Source of the DNA: the human T2T-CHM13v2.0 reference genome, Homo sapiens
Direction: 5' to 3' (one strand)
Assembly: GCF_009914755.1 (NCBI RefSeq)
Contig: NC_060948.1
Length of the DNA: 64,000 nucleotides
Part shown: one piece after another, positions 22,061 to 39,208 of the stretch
Layout: every line of letters begins with the position of its first letter
Numbering within the stretch: the first letter of the stretch is position 1
Notes under the pieces: model-generated
What the model was told of the DNA's origin: nothing
What the model saw: only the letters and a program-made list of their open reading frames with translations
Databases searched by the model: none
Program-made: the position numbers and the translations under genes

Positions 22061-25000
22061 ACATATGACTAGTCTAAAGGTGCCTGTGGTTTCATGAGAA
22101 ATAACAGCTGTCTTGAAGAGCCAGAAAGCCTGGAAACTTCCAGATTACAGCTAGTTGACACTCAACCGGGAAACATTGAGTTCTGATTGCTTAAGAGGTT
22201 TTTGTCCAGGATTGGGTCCAGATTGAAATCCAGGCATCAGGAGAAGTTGTTTTGTTGAAAGTGTGGCTGCAGCAGCATGCAAGGATGAAAAAGAATGAGA
22301 AATAATGGACTCTTCAGGAAATGTTGAGGAAGATATTTTCTGAAGAACATTAGTAGAAGAGGCTATGGATAGGAGAACAAGAGAGGAGACCAGAGGATAA
22401 ATAACTGAGCAAGATGGGAAAATGAAGAATGAAGGGAATGTACAAGAAGAAAAGACTGAACAAGAAGGGCACAGTGTACATGGAGATGGAAGAGAATAAG
22501 AAAGAGGAAGGAAAATGGAGGAAGAAAGAGAGATAAGAGAGGTACCTGGACATCAGGGCTTTCTTTTATCTGGATAATTTTTAATTTCCTGCCGTAGTGC
22601 TGGTAAACACTCTTCCAGGAAACCAAGTACTTGTACGCTGGCTCAACTGGAGAGAATTGATTTTATCCTGGCTTTCGGTGGCAGTTATCTCAGTTAACAA
22701 AGATAAAATACTGATCTGGGTAAGAAACAGTTTTTACTGGCAAAAAGAGCACATGTTTAGACAAGGAGCCAAAATGACTCGTTAATAGTGTTTCTCCATT
22801 AGGCTCAATTTCAGGAGGAGAAAATGATGCAATTATATCAGCCTTAAAATGGTTTATGGGTCTTAGTATTTCTGTTTCAGGCTGGATCCATGTTCTTACT
22901 TTTCCCGCTTTAAAAATAGCAAAGGATTCAATAATATCAGCTTCAGACTGGATACAGTGTCTGTCTGCTTGGGTTACAGGCAGTATCCAACATACGAGTG
23001 TTCTTCCTATAAGCAAGGTCCGTGTTTTGACTACTGGAGGTAGAATCTTGGGTCAGAATCTTAGTAAGAAGGTTTCAGACTGGATAAAATGGTGAATTAT
23101 GTCAACTTCCAGCTGGATCCAGGGACTGACTGTTTGAGATTTTGAATAAACCCATGATCTGCCTTTATTCATTTGAATGTAAAATGAAGATCTGACTATA
23201 TTAGTTTCCTGCTCGATCGAGGGTCTCACTGCTTGGGTTTCAAGGTGGGTCCAGGTTTGATATGTAGCAGCTCTTGGCTGAGTCCAGGTCCAAAATGTAC
23301 CAACTTCAGTCAGTGGCCAGGGAAAGAGCAGCTGACTTTCAGGATGAATCCAGGGTCTAACTGTATCACATTAAGTCTATAAGCAAGATGTGACTGTATC
23401 AATTTCAGTCATGTTTCAGGGCTTTATTCCTTGGCTTACAGTCCAAATTTGGAAAACTTCAGTTTCAGGTTGGTTCCAGGATCTTACTGAATTCATTTGA
23501 GTCTGGAACAGGTATCTTATCACTATATTGTCTTCAGGGTGGGTCCAGGGATGAATTTCAGAGTAAGTCCATGGTCTGATTGTAGCACGTACATGCTGAG
23601 TCCAGGAATAATTTATGCTAACTTGATTCTGGATCTAGGAGTGTGTCATTTGAGATCCAAGTTGGGTCCAGGGCCAAACAGAAGCGTTATGAGTTGGGGA
23701 CCAACATGTCACCATACCTACCTCATGCCACATCCTAATTGCTTGAGATTCAGGCTCAGTCCATTGCTCTATTTTATCAGTTGCAGAATGTGTCTCGTGT
23801 CTGACTGTATTGGTTTCAGCATAGATCCAAGGTTTCAGAACATCACCTTCAGACTGGGTCCAGGGTATGACTGCATTCTTTTCAGATTGGTTCAATGGGC
23901 GGATTATTTGCCATTCTGGCTTCATCCAGGTAGTAACTCTTTGAGAAGAAAGTTGAGTACCACTTCTTCTTACATTGTTTTGGGTCTGAAACCAAGCACT
24001 CAGAGTATTAATGTCAGGCATGGTCAAGCATTTTGCTGCCTGCATTTCAGCCAGATATAATAGTGTGTCAGACAATGATTGTATTAATGTTGCCTTGAGT
24101 CCAGGGGTGGATTGTGCCTGCTTCAGACCGGATCCATAGTTTTACTGTATGAGCTTCAGAAATGGTCTGGGATCTCATTGTACCTACTTCAGATTGGGTA
24201 CACAGGAAGAAGCCATCAATTTCAGACTGGATCCATGTTATAAATGTTGTAGTTCTCTGTTTGGCCCAGGATTCTATTTTACCAGGTCCAAAGGGAGTAA
24301 ACGTGCTCAATGTTTGAAATTCTGACTGAGCCCAAGGTTTTATTTTTTCTGTTCCAGTTTTAAACGAAGTTCTTTAACTTGAGCTTCAGGTTGGGACCAT
24401 GGTTTTGCTGCTTGAGGCACAGCCAGTATCCAGGATATAAGTGTTCCAAACTCAGGCAAGGTCCATTCATCGATATTTTCAATTTCATGATGTGTCCATA
24501 AAATAGATGCTTGATTTTCATCTTGGATCAAAAGTTGCGTAGTATAAGGTTAAGGCAGCAAGGAAACTCTATAAATATTTTAGCTTCAGGCAGTGCCTAG
24601 AGTTTCTTAGCTTCAGTTTTAACCATCATCCAAAATGAGCCCATATCACTCTGTGTATAAGAATTTGCATCTGGAAAATCATCATGAGTCCACTTTGTGT
24701 CTGTGGAAGCTGTGGCCTCTGTCCATGTGTTTACCACTGGAGACTCAGACTGAGATCATGGGGTGATTGATTTGGACACAGGTAGTGTCCAGGTTTTTCC
24801 TGCTGAAGGGATACCCTGGGTCCATGGTAACACTGAGGAAACTGCAGCCCATGCAGTTTCTCAGCCCATGCATGCCTCTGGATTTTCTGCTGAAGTTTCA
24901 TCATAGTTCCATGATATAAGTATATCAGATACAGTCTGTGTCCAGGTAATTCCTACTGGAGACTGGGCCAGAAGTCACAGTATAATTTTGTCAGATACTG

Positions 25001-28000
25001 GCTGTGTGGAGGTAATGACTGCAGAAGATTCAGCCTGCACCCACAGTGCAACTATATCAGATACAGAATGTATCCAGGGATTTGTTGCTAGAAGTAAAGC
25101 TTTGATCCATGGGGTGACTTGGTAGCTATTGCCTCTATCCATGGATTGACTGCTAGAGATACAGGCTGGGTCCACAGTGATAATGTATTAGATATAGGCA
25201 GTATCCAAGGATTTACTGCTGAAAATTCAAATTGGATCAATCCTATGTATGTCTCAGATACAGGCAGGATCCATGTAATTAATGCTGCAGATTCAGTTTG
25301 GGACCATAATCTGATTGTATTAGATGAAGGCTGTGCCCAGGCCTTTACTGTTGCAGATACAGCCTGTGCCCAAGTTGTAGCTGTATAAAAAACAGGCTGT
25401 GTCCAGGGATTTATTGCTGGAAATTCAGCCTGGGTCCAGGGTATAACTTTGGAAGCTACAGCCTCTGTCCAGATATTTACTGGTAGACATTCAGTTTGAT
25501 GCCCTGCTTTAAGTGTACCATGTAAACTTTATGAAAAGAAGATTAATGATGGAGTTACAGGCTGTGTACACACTGTGAATGTATCAGCAACAGACTTGGT
25601 CCATGGATTTACTGCCAAAAATTCAGTCTGTGTCCATGGTATGACTGTGTCAGTCTCATCCTGTAACAGAGGACTTGGGACTGAACATTCAGACTCTGTC
25701 CAGATATTTACAATTAGAGACTTAGACTGCATCATGGGATTTACAGCTGGAAATTCAGCCTCATTCCAAGTGTTTACTTATAGATATTTTGTTTAGGTCC
25801 ATAGTGTGACTGTATCAGGTACAGGTTGTAACCAGAAATTGATTGCTGGTGATTTTGTCTGTGTCCATGTTATGAATATATCAGCTAGAGCCTCTCTCCT
25901 GAGAATTATTATTAGAAATACATCCGTGTACTGCAGTGTGTCTATATGAGTTACAGCCAATGCTAAGTGACTTATTGCTGGCAACAGATCCTGGGTCCAT
26001 GATGTGACTTTCTCAGTTTTAGACTGTCTCCATAGATTTACTACTACATAAACATTCTTAGCCAATGGTTTCACTCTATCAATAAGTATATGTACAGAGA
26101 TTATTGATTTTAGAATGAGCCTGGGTCCACAGTAAGACAATTTCTGTTTCAAGCTTTGTGGAGGGATTTACTCCTACAGGTTCATCTTGGTTCTGTGGTA
26201 TAACTGCAGCAGGTATAGGCTGTGTCCAGTCATTTACTTTTGGAGATTCAGTCTTGGTCTACTGTATGAAGGTATCAGTTTCATATTGTTTCCAGAGATT
26301 TATGGCAGGTAATTTGACTTGGTTCCAGAGTTTGATTGTATAAGCTATTGCCTGTGTCAAATGCTTTACTGCTGAAGATTCATCTTGGTCCCATGGTTTG
26401 ATTCTATAAGATAGATACTGTGTAAAAGGATTCATTGCTGGAGAGTCATCCTGAATCCACAGTATAGTACTATCACCCAGAGACTGCCCAGGGATTTACA
26501 GCTGAAAATTCAGGCTTGGTCCACAGCTTGTCTGCATCAGCTGTTGTCTGTGTCCATGAATTTACTGCTAGAGAATTAACCAGGATCCACTCTGTGACTG
26601 TATACATTTCAGACTTTGTCCATGCATTTCCCTCTTTAAGTTCAGCCTAATTCCTTGGTAGGACCATATCAGCTGTAGCCTCTCTCCAGGCATTCATTGC
26701 TGGAGTTTCACCCAGAATCCATGTTTGAGTCCAAGATACTGGTGGATGTTCAGGGTGGGTCCATGATAGGAATATATCATGTGTCCAGGGACTTACTCCT
26801 AGAGTTTCAGCCAGAATCCATGTTGTGAGTATATCAGTTTCAGACTGTTTCCAATGATGTAATAATAGCGATTCAGCCTGGATACACATTATTATGACTG
26901 TATCAGATATAGGAGAATATATTCATGAATTCATCACTAGTGATTCATCATTGGTCCCTAGTGTGATTATATCAGTTACCTACTGTTTCCAGGAATGTAT
27001 TGCTGGAACCTCAATCTGGGTTCACAGTGTTATTGCCTCAGTATCAAACTGTATCCAGTAATTTACTGCTGGCAAATAAGCCATGGTCCACAATGAGACT
27101 GGATTAAATTCAGATGGGAGTAAGTTATTTCCTTCTAGATATTCAGGCTGCAATTTTTCCATGGATTTATTGGTGGCATTTCATCAAGGGTCAATGGTAT
27201 GACAGTTTCAGCTACAGTTTTTGCCCAGAGATTCACTGTTGTAAATCTATCCTGGATCCATGGTGTGACTGTCTTAGCTATACGAATATGTCAAGGGAAA
27301 TAAGGCTGGAAATTCTTCTTGGTTCCAACATGTGACTTTATCAGATACAGAATGTGTCCAGAGATTCACTGCTGGAGATTTGGCAATAGTTCACAGTATG
27401 ATTGGATCAGTTTCAGACTGTCTTCAGGATGTTAATTTTTGAAATTCAGCCTTTGTCCATGTTGTGACTGTATCTGCTAACATCTTGGTCCAAGAGTTTA
27501 CTATTGGAGTTTCAGTCTGGGTCCACAGTGGGACTGTGTGAGTTTTAGATTGTGTCCAGGGATTTAATTCTTGAGACTCTCCCTGCATCCATTGTGTTAG
27601 TACGGTAGCTTTACTTTGTACCCAGGGGTCAATTACACCAATGTCTTTCTGATTCCAGGGTCTCAAAGTGTCATCTTCAGCTTGGGTCCACGATCTAACT
27701 TTAACACTTTCAAACTTGCCCCAGAGTCTAAATGCATAAGCTTCATGTTGTATCCAGTCTCTTAACTTATCAGTCACAGGTTGGTTCCAAAACCTCAATA
27801 TTTCAGTTTCAGACTGTATCCAATGCTGATTTGTCAGAGTTACTGGTTCTCTCCACTGTGTGACTGTCTCTGCTTGAGATCAAAACAAAAGTTTGATGAT
27901 ATCAGCTTCAGTGTGATTTCGGGGTCTGGATCTATCACCTCCAGTTTGGGGCCTGGGTACCACTGTTTCCATCCCAGTTTGGGACCAGTACCTAACTGGA

Positions 28001-29534
28001 TCTGCTTCTGGTTGGGTCCAGTGTTTTTCTTTCCATTCTTGAGTCTGGGTTCTGGGCCTCAGTATTTTAAATTTATGCTGAATCCAAGGTCTCATTGTTT
28101 CCATTTCAATTTGTAACTGTTGTTTAATTGTATCAGCTTTCAGGTGAGTCAAGAGTCTTCCTGATTGAGTTTCTGACTAGATTCACGTTAGGACTATGAC
28201 TGTTTTAGGCTGACTTCAGGGTTTGATCATCTCAACTTTGGAGTGAATTGAGGGCTCAATTGCATTCATAATAGGATGTATTAAGATTCATGTCTGCATC
28301 AGGGGTTTCAGTAATAATAGCCACATGTTTACTCAATGGACTCAATCTATCTATTTGATTTGAGGGCCTCATTATACTGGTTTTCTGTTGTGTCCAAGCC
28401 CTAATATTGTCACCTTTTAACTTTGCACATGAAGAGTATGCAGTATAGAAGAAATCCAGAACTGAGTTGACTCAGGTTCAGTGAGAATCTAGTATCCATC
28501 TGTCCTTTCTATAATTTCTTGGGGATACAAATATATTCAACACTAGCTGACACCATGGTTCAAAGGTATGGGTTACTGTAGGATGCTGAGATCCATCTTC
28601 ATTGAGTGATCAATGAGTCCATATTTCAATTTTATTAACTATGAAAAGTACTGGTGGAATCTAGTTGTAAGTTGCTGGTTTTGCACCAGGGTTAACTCTA
28701 TGAGCTACATGATACTTTTGGTTTCTAGTACTCTCTTCACTGGATTTAATCTGCATCACTGTTCCTGTTTTATAAGCTAACAATTGTTTCTAAGTTTCAA
28801 CTTCAGGAGTAATTTCTAGCCAAGGTTTAGCTACAAGTTGTCCATGAGATGGAACATTAATAAATTGAACTTGAGATTGACCAGTATCCATCTTAACAGG
28901 AACTTGAGATTCACCTATCCCACTTGAAAAGAGAAACCAGGATGTACCAGCATTAACTAATGGTAGAGTATGAAGCCTAATTGTACTAGCTAATGTATTA
29001 ATCCAGAATCTTGCTGAATCAGTCACAGCTTAATATTTATAATCCATTGTATTTTTCTCAGGAAAATTCCAGGCTATAGGTTTAATATCTGTTTGGGAGT
29101 TCTGGAGTCCAGAAAAAAAAAGAAATATTGAGAAGTTTCCATTTCTGGGGTACTCCAGCATTCAGCTGTACCAGGATGATCCCGTGGTTTGGCAGCAGGA
29201 GAAATCCGGGATTGTACCATTGGGAATTTGCTAGCTGAGGAGAGGTGACCACTTTGAAAGTGTAATAGTCTATTGGCATGAAAAAATCTCTATTATTCTA
29301 ACCAAAAAAAAAAAAAAACATTCAGTGGGGGTTCCGGTGCTTTCTGTACACTGGGGAAGTGCTTAATCTTCTCCTCCTTATTTGTTCTGAGAATCCATGA
29401 AAGATCAAATTGTCAGAGCCTGTATTAGAGGTAACTGTATTTTGTGGACTATCTTCTACTCCAGGAGAAAAATTGCAGGGTAGAGAAAAAAATACCCCCA
29501 GTGGTTTCTGGGATGCCTTGATAAGCCATCTCAT
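22061..29534 (-). pseudogene. Decayed giant exon encoding ~11-aa Trp-periodic repeats (PWTQxExxxVx)
   Basis: Many minus-strand ORF fragments share one repeat, e.g. 27424..27798 'RFWNQPVTDKLRDWIQHEAYAFRLWGKFESVKVRSWTQAEDDTLRPWNQKDIGVIDPWVQ'. No transposon interrupts the 7 kb. There is a candidate donor GTGAGT at 22,060. The 5' end is either the ATG at 29,534 or an acceptor near 29,298. Confidence 0.8.
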
Positions 29535-29587
29535 TCAAGATATGTATTGGGCTGTCCTGATGACAAGAACGGGGTCATAACAGGCTT

Positions 29588-29661
29588 CTGAGGTATCACT
29601 AACCAGGCCTACTACTGAGGTATCACTGACCAGGCCTACTACTGAGGTATCACTGACCAGG
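29588..29661. repeat. 27-bp tandem repeat, ~2.8 copies
   Basis: 'ctgaggtatcact(a/g)accaggcctacta' starts at 29,588, 29,615 and 29,642. Confidence 0.92.
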
Positions 29662-29740
29662 CAGTGACTGCCAAAGAGGCAAAGAACAGGATGACCTTGC
29701 TGTACCTGAATGGTTGGAAACAAAGTTAACCATATATGTT

Positions 29741-30340
29741 AGAAATACACATAGATGTGTAGTATACATGTATTACAATATGTAATGCATAAATTACATA
29801 TACATGCAATACATATATATTAATTATAAAATATACAGATACATATCTTGTATATGTTTATGAATACTTATATCAATAAATTATATAGTTTATATGGCTT
29901 ATATATTAAATTAAAAGATACTAAACTATAAGTATAAATTTTACTTTTCTATCTCATGTACATTTCATATTACTTGATGGGCAGTAATAAATAATATATT
30001 GTACATACTTCAAGAGTTCCATATAACACTTAGGCATAAATAATTCTAACTGTGGTTAAAACAGTAAAATCAAGCACTAGAAGGAAATTAGAGGAAGGTT
30101 CTAAACAATACAAATTACCTACATACTCAACATCATTATCTGAATATTACTTATGCCTTTAGCCAAGCAGTCTTAGGCAAAGCACAACTTATACGATCAT
30201 GTGAAATGACTGTTTGTGTCACCTCCTCTGCCATTACATTTGTTGATGCCATCATTATTTGTTTAGTCTCTCTGTTTAATTCTGATGCCCACTTGCAGCT
30301 TGCAGTTTGTTCTCCTAGTAGCCAGAATTATACTCAGAGT
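29741..30340 (+). repeat. Direct repeat copy 1 (~600 bp), left of the L1
   Basis: Colinear with 33,168-33,743; shared blocks include 'gagttccatataacacttaggcataaataatt', 'caacatcattatctga', 'tcacctcctctgccattacatttgttga' and 'gaattatactcaga'. Confidence 0.9.
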
Positions 30341-33170
30341 AAACACTTATTGTAAAATCGACTACATAGTTGGAAGTAAAACAATCCTCAGCAAATGCGA
30401 AAGGATAGAAATCATAACAAACAGTCTCTCAGGCCACAGTGCAATCAAACTAGAACTCAGTATTTAAAAATTCACTCAAAACTGCACAACTATGTGGAAA
30501 CTGAACAAACTGCTCCTCAATGACTGCTGGGTACATAATGAAATGAAGGCAGAAATAAAGATGTTATTTGAAACCAATAAGGACAAAGACACAGCATACC
30601 AGAATCTCTGGGAAACATTTAAAGCAGTGTTTTGAGGGAAATATATAGCACTTTTAATGTCCAGAAGAGAAAGTAGGAAACATCTTAAATTGGCACACTA
30701 ACATCAACATTAAAAGAACTAGAGAACAAGAAAAGCAAAAGCAACAAATTCAAAAGCTAGGAGAAGACAAAAATAAATAAGATCAGAACAGAACTGAAGG
30801 AAACAGAGACATGAAAACACTTCAAAAAAATCAATGAATCCAGGAGCTGGTTTTTTGAAAAGATCAACAAAATAGATAGACCACTAGCCAGACTAATGAA
30901 GAAAAGAGAGAAGAATCAGACGTAATAAAAAATGATAAAGGGGATATCACCATTGATCCCACAGAAATACAAACTACCATCAGAGAATACTGTAAACACC
31001 TCTATGCAAATAAACTAGAAAATTTAGAAGAAATGGATAAATTCCTGGATGCATACACCCTCCAAAATCTAAACCAGGAAGAAATCGAATCTCTGAATAG
31101 ACCACTAACAAGTTCTGAAATTGAGGCAGTAATTAGGAGCCTATCAACAACAACAACAACAAAAGGTCGAAGAGTAGGTTGTTCACAGAAGAATTCTACC
31201 AGAGGCACAAAGAGGAGCTGGTACCATTCCTTCTGAAACTATTCCAAACAATAGAAAAACAGGAAATCCACCCTAACTCATTTTATGAGGCCAGAATCAT
31301 CCTGATATCAACATCTGACAGAGACACAGCAAAATAAGAAAATTTCAGGCCAATGTCTCTGATGAACATTGATGCAAAAATCCTCAATGAAACACTGGCA
31401 AACCAAATCCAGCAGAATATCAAAAAGTGTATCCACCATGAAGAAGTCACGTTCATGCTTGGGATGCAAGGCTGATTCAACATGCACAAATCAATAAACC
31501 TAATCCATCACATAAAGAGAATCAATGACAAAAACCACATGATTATCTCAACAGATCCAGAAAAGCCCCTCGATAAAATTCAACATACTTCATGATAAAA
31601 ACTGTCAGTGAACTAGGTATTGATGGAATGCATTTCAGAATAATAAAGCTACTCATGACAAAACCATAGCCAATATAATACTGAATGGCAGAACCTGGAA
31701 GCTTTCCATTTAAAAACCTGCCCAAGACAAGGTTACCCCCTCTCTCACCATTCCTATTCACCACAGTTTTGGAAGTTCTGACAAGGGCGATCAGACAAGA
31801 GAAAGAAAGTGTATTCAAAGAGAAAGAGAAGAAATCAAATTGTCTCTGTTTGCAGATCACAAGATTGTATATTTAGAAAATTGCACTGTCTCACCTCAAA
31901 ATCTCCTTAAGCTTATAAGCAACTTCAGGAAAGTCTCAAGATACAAAATCAATGTGCATACATCACAAGCATTCCTATACTCCAATAGCAGACAAGCAGA
32001 GAGCCAAATCACAGTCATCTCACACACACAGTTGTTACTAAGAGAATAAAATACCTAGGAAAGTAACTCACAAGGGATGTGAAGGACCTTTTCAAGGAGA
32101 ACTACAATCCACAGCTCAAGGTATAAGAGAGGACACAAATACGTGGAAAAGCATTCCATGCTCATTATAGGAAGAATCAATATCATGAAAATGGCCCTAC
32201 AGTGCAAAGTAATTTATAGATTCAATGCTATCACCATAAAGTTGCCATCTGACAAGGGATAACATATTAATCTGACAACAGACCAATATCCACAATCTAC
32301 AAAGAACTTAAACAAATTTACAAGAAAAAAACTAAACCAACCCATCAAAAACTGAGTGAAGGGTATGAAGAGATACTTCCCAAAAGAGGACATTTATGCA
32401 GTCAACAAACATGAAAAAAGTTCATCATCCCTGGTCATTAGAGAAACGCAAATCAAAACCACAATGAGATACTATCTCATGACAGTTAGAATGGCTATCA
32501 TTAAAAAGTCAGGAAACAACAGATGCTGGAGAGGATGTGGATAAGTAGGAACGCTGTTACACTGTTGGTGGGAGTGTAACTTAGTTCAACCACTGTGGAA
32601 TACAGTCTGGTGACTCCTCAAGGCTCTAAAACTAGAAATACCATTTGACCCAGCAATGTCATTATGGGTTATGTACTCAAAGGATTATAAATAATTCTAC
32701 TATAAAGACACGTGCACACTTACGTTTATTGACACATTGTTCACAATAGCAAAGACATGGAACCAACTCAAATGTCCATCAATGATAGATTGGATAAAGA
32801 AAATGTGGCACATATACACCATGGAATACTAAGCAGCCATAAAATAAGATTAGTTTATGTCATTTGCACGGACATGGGTGAAGCTAGAAAGCACCATTCT
32901 CAGGAAACTAACACCAGCACCGGAAGCCAATCACCACATATTCTCACTCATAAGTTGCAGTTGAACAATGAGAACACATGGACACAGGGAGGGGAATATC
33001 ATACACCAGGGCCTGCCAGGGGTGGAGGGCTAGAGGAGGTATAGCAGTAGGAGAAATACCTAATGTGTGTGACAAGTTGATGGGTGCAGCAAACCACCAT
33101 GGCAGGTTTATACCAGTGTAACAAAACCGCACGTTCGATACATGTACCCCAGAACTTAAAGTATATAAAA
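30341..33170 (+). mobile_element. 5'-truncated older L1PA (L1PA7/8-like) with an internal ORF2 deletion near 32,247
   Basis: Decayed ORF2 from 'catagttggaagtaaa'; the jump 'aagttgcca|tctgacaaggg' skips roughly 0.6 kb; 3' UTR 'gcagcaaaccaccatggca...cccagaacttaaagtatataaaaa'. Confidence 0.92.
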
Positions 33171-33743
33171 AATACATATAGACATATACTATACATGAAT
33201 TAAAATATATATAATGCATACATTTCATCTATATGCAATTCATATATATTATAAAGTATACAGATACATATATATGTTTTGGAACACTTATATTTATAAA
33301 TTAGCTATATAACAAGGGGTTTATACATACATTATAAAATATTAACTTAAACATATAAATTATACTTTTCTATCACATGCAAATTTTATATTACTGGATG
33401 GACAGTAAGAAATTTTACATGGTACATACCTAATGAGTTCCATATAACACTTAGGCATAAATAATTGAAACTCTGGTTAAAAGAGTAAAACCAAATACTA
33501 GAGGGAATTTAGAGGAAAGTTGTAACAATAAAAAATCACCTACATATTCAACATCATTATCTGACTATTACTTATGCCCTCAGCCAAGTATACGGTTTAT
33601 ACAGTCACATGAAACGACTGTGTGTATCACCTCCTCTGCCATTACATTTGTTGAAGCATCATCATTTGTTTGGTCTCTCTGCTTGATTCGGACACTCACG
33701 TGTAGCTTAGTTTGTTCTCCCAGTAGCCGGAATTATACTCAGA
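33168..33743 (+). repeat. Direct repeat copy 2, right of the L1; runs into an L2-like fragment to ~33,985
   Basis: See copy 1. It continues with L2-like 'ttttctctgcctggaattctcttcctcca'. Confidence 0.88.
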
Positions 33744-34493
33744 ATAAAATCAAAAGGATTTGTCTTTGATCTCACTTAAGAGTTTTCCTTAGTTCATCTT
33801 GCCACATGATGGCAGTATGACTATTTGCTTAATTCTAGTTTCAGAATTATTTCAATGGTTATTTTCTCTGCCTGGAATTCTCTTCCTCCAAATATATTCC
33901 TAGATTACTTCCTCAACGGTTTAGTCCTTGCTCAAGTAAAGCATTTTTAAAGACAAAGTGACTTCAAAACACTTCTTCCAACATTTTCCTGTCACCTAAT
34001 TAACTATGAACTGTAGTTGATGTAAAAATGTTTGTAAATGTGCTTATGTTAAATGTGCCAATGTTATTGATGGTACCCTTAGTACTTTTAGTCTTTGGAT
34101 CGAAAAGCAATAAAAGTAGAATAAGCCAAAAAACCGTCTTTTCAAAGTGGTGGTAGGCGGAGACCACCACCTTCTTCAAGAAACAGAAGCCCGTCAGCAA
34201 ATCTGAGATCTGCAAGAGGAAGTAGTGGAGGAAAAAGAGCGTGGCTGCCCTCACATGAAGAACACTTGGGTAATGTTTTAAAATATAAAGGTGGAACCAT
34301 GGGACTGAAAGAAAACAAGTTTGAAGGTATCAAAATTTCTCAATTTTATTTATTATCTTTATGAGCAGAATATTAATTATTGATAAGCACAATTATCTCT
34401 AATTACTAAAGGTGTATTATAAGAATGATTGAATTAATATCTAAAATTCATTTTAAAATTGTAACAACTTTGCATTGAAATAACACAGATTTC

Positions 34494-39208
<4,715 letters not shown>

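Larger units (their letters stand above)
16308..29534 (-). pseudogene. PRSSLY: PRSSLY-like pseudogene: giant Trp-repeat exon plus two tandem trypsin-fold domains
   Basis: Seven small exons in canonical trypsin order and largely compatible phases lie downstream of a ~7 kb repeat-coding exon. There are multiple stops, frameshifts and dead splice sites. AATAAA occurs on the minus strand at 16,362-16,367 and 16,308-16,313. The gene name is inferred from architecture and Y context (next to TSPY and RBMY), not from an alignment. Confidence 0.8.

Noticed and set aside
23497-28116. Plus-strand ORFs (e.g. 187 aa at 23,497 and 111 aa at 27,781)
   Set aside because: These are antisense shadows of the minus-strand Trp-repeat exon; 'LGPG' is the reverse complement of PWTQ codons.
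22860-28200. CRISPR array or satellite DNA
   Set aside because: There are no identical repeats with unique spacers, and the context is mammalian. The periodicity is codon-phased and clearest in the protein translation.
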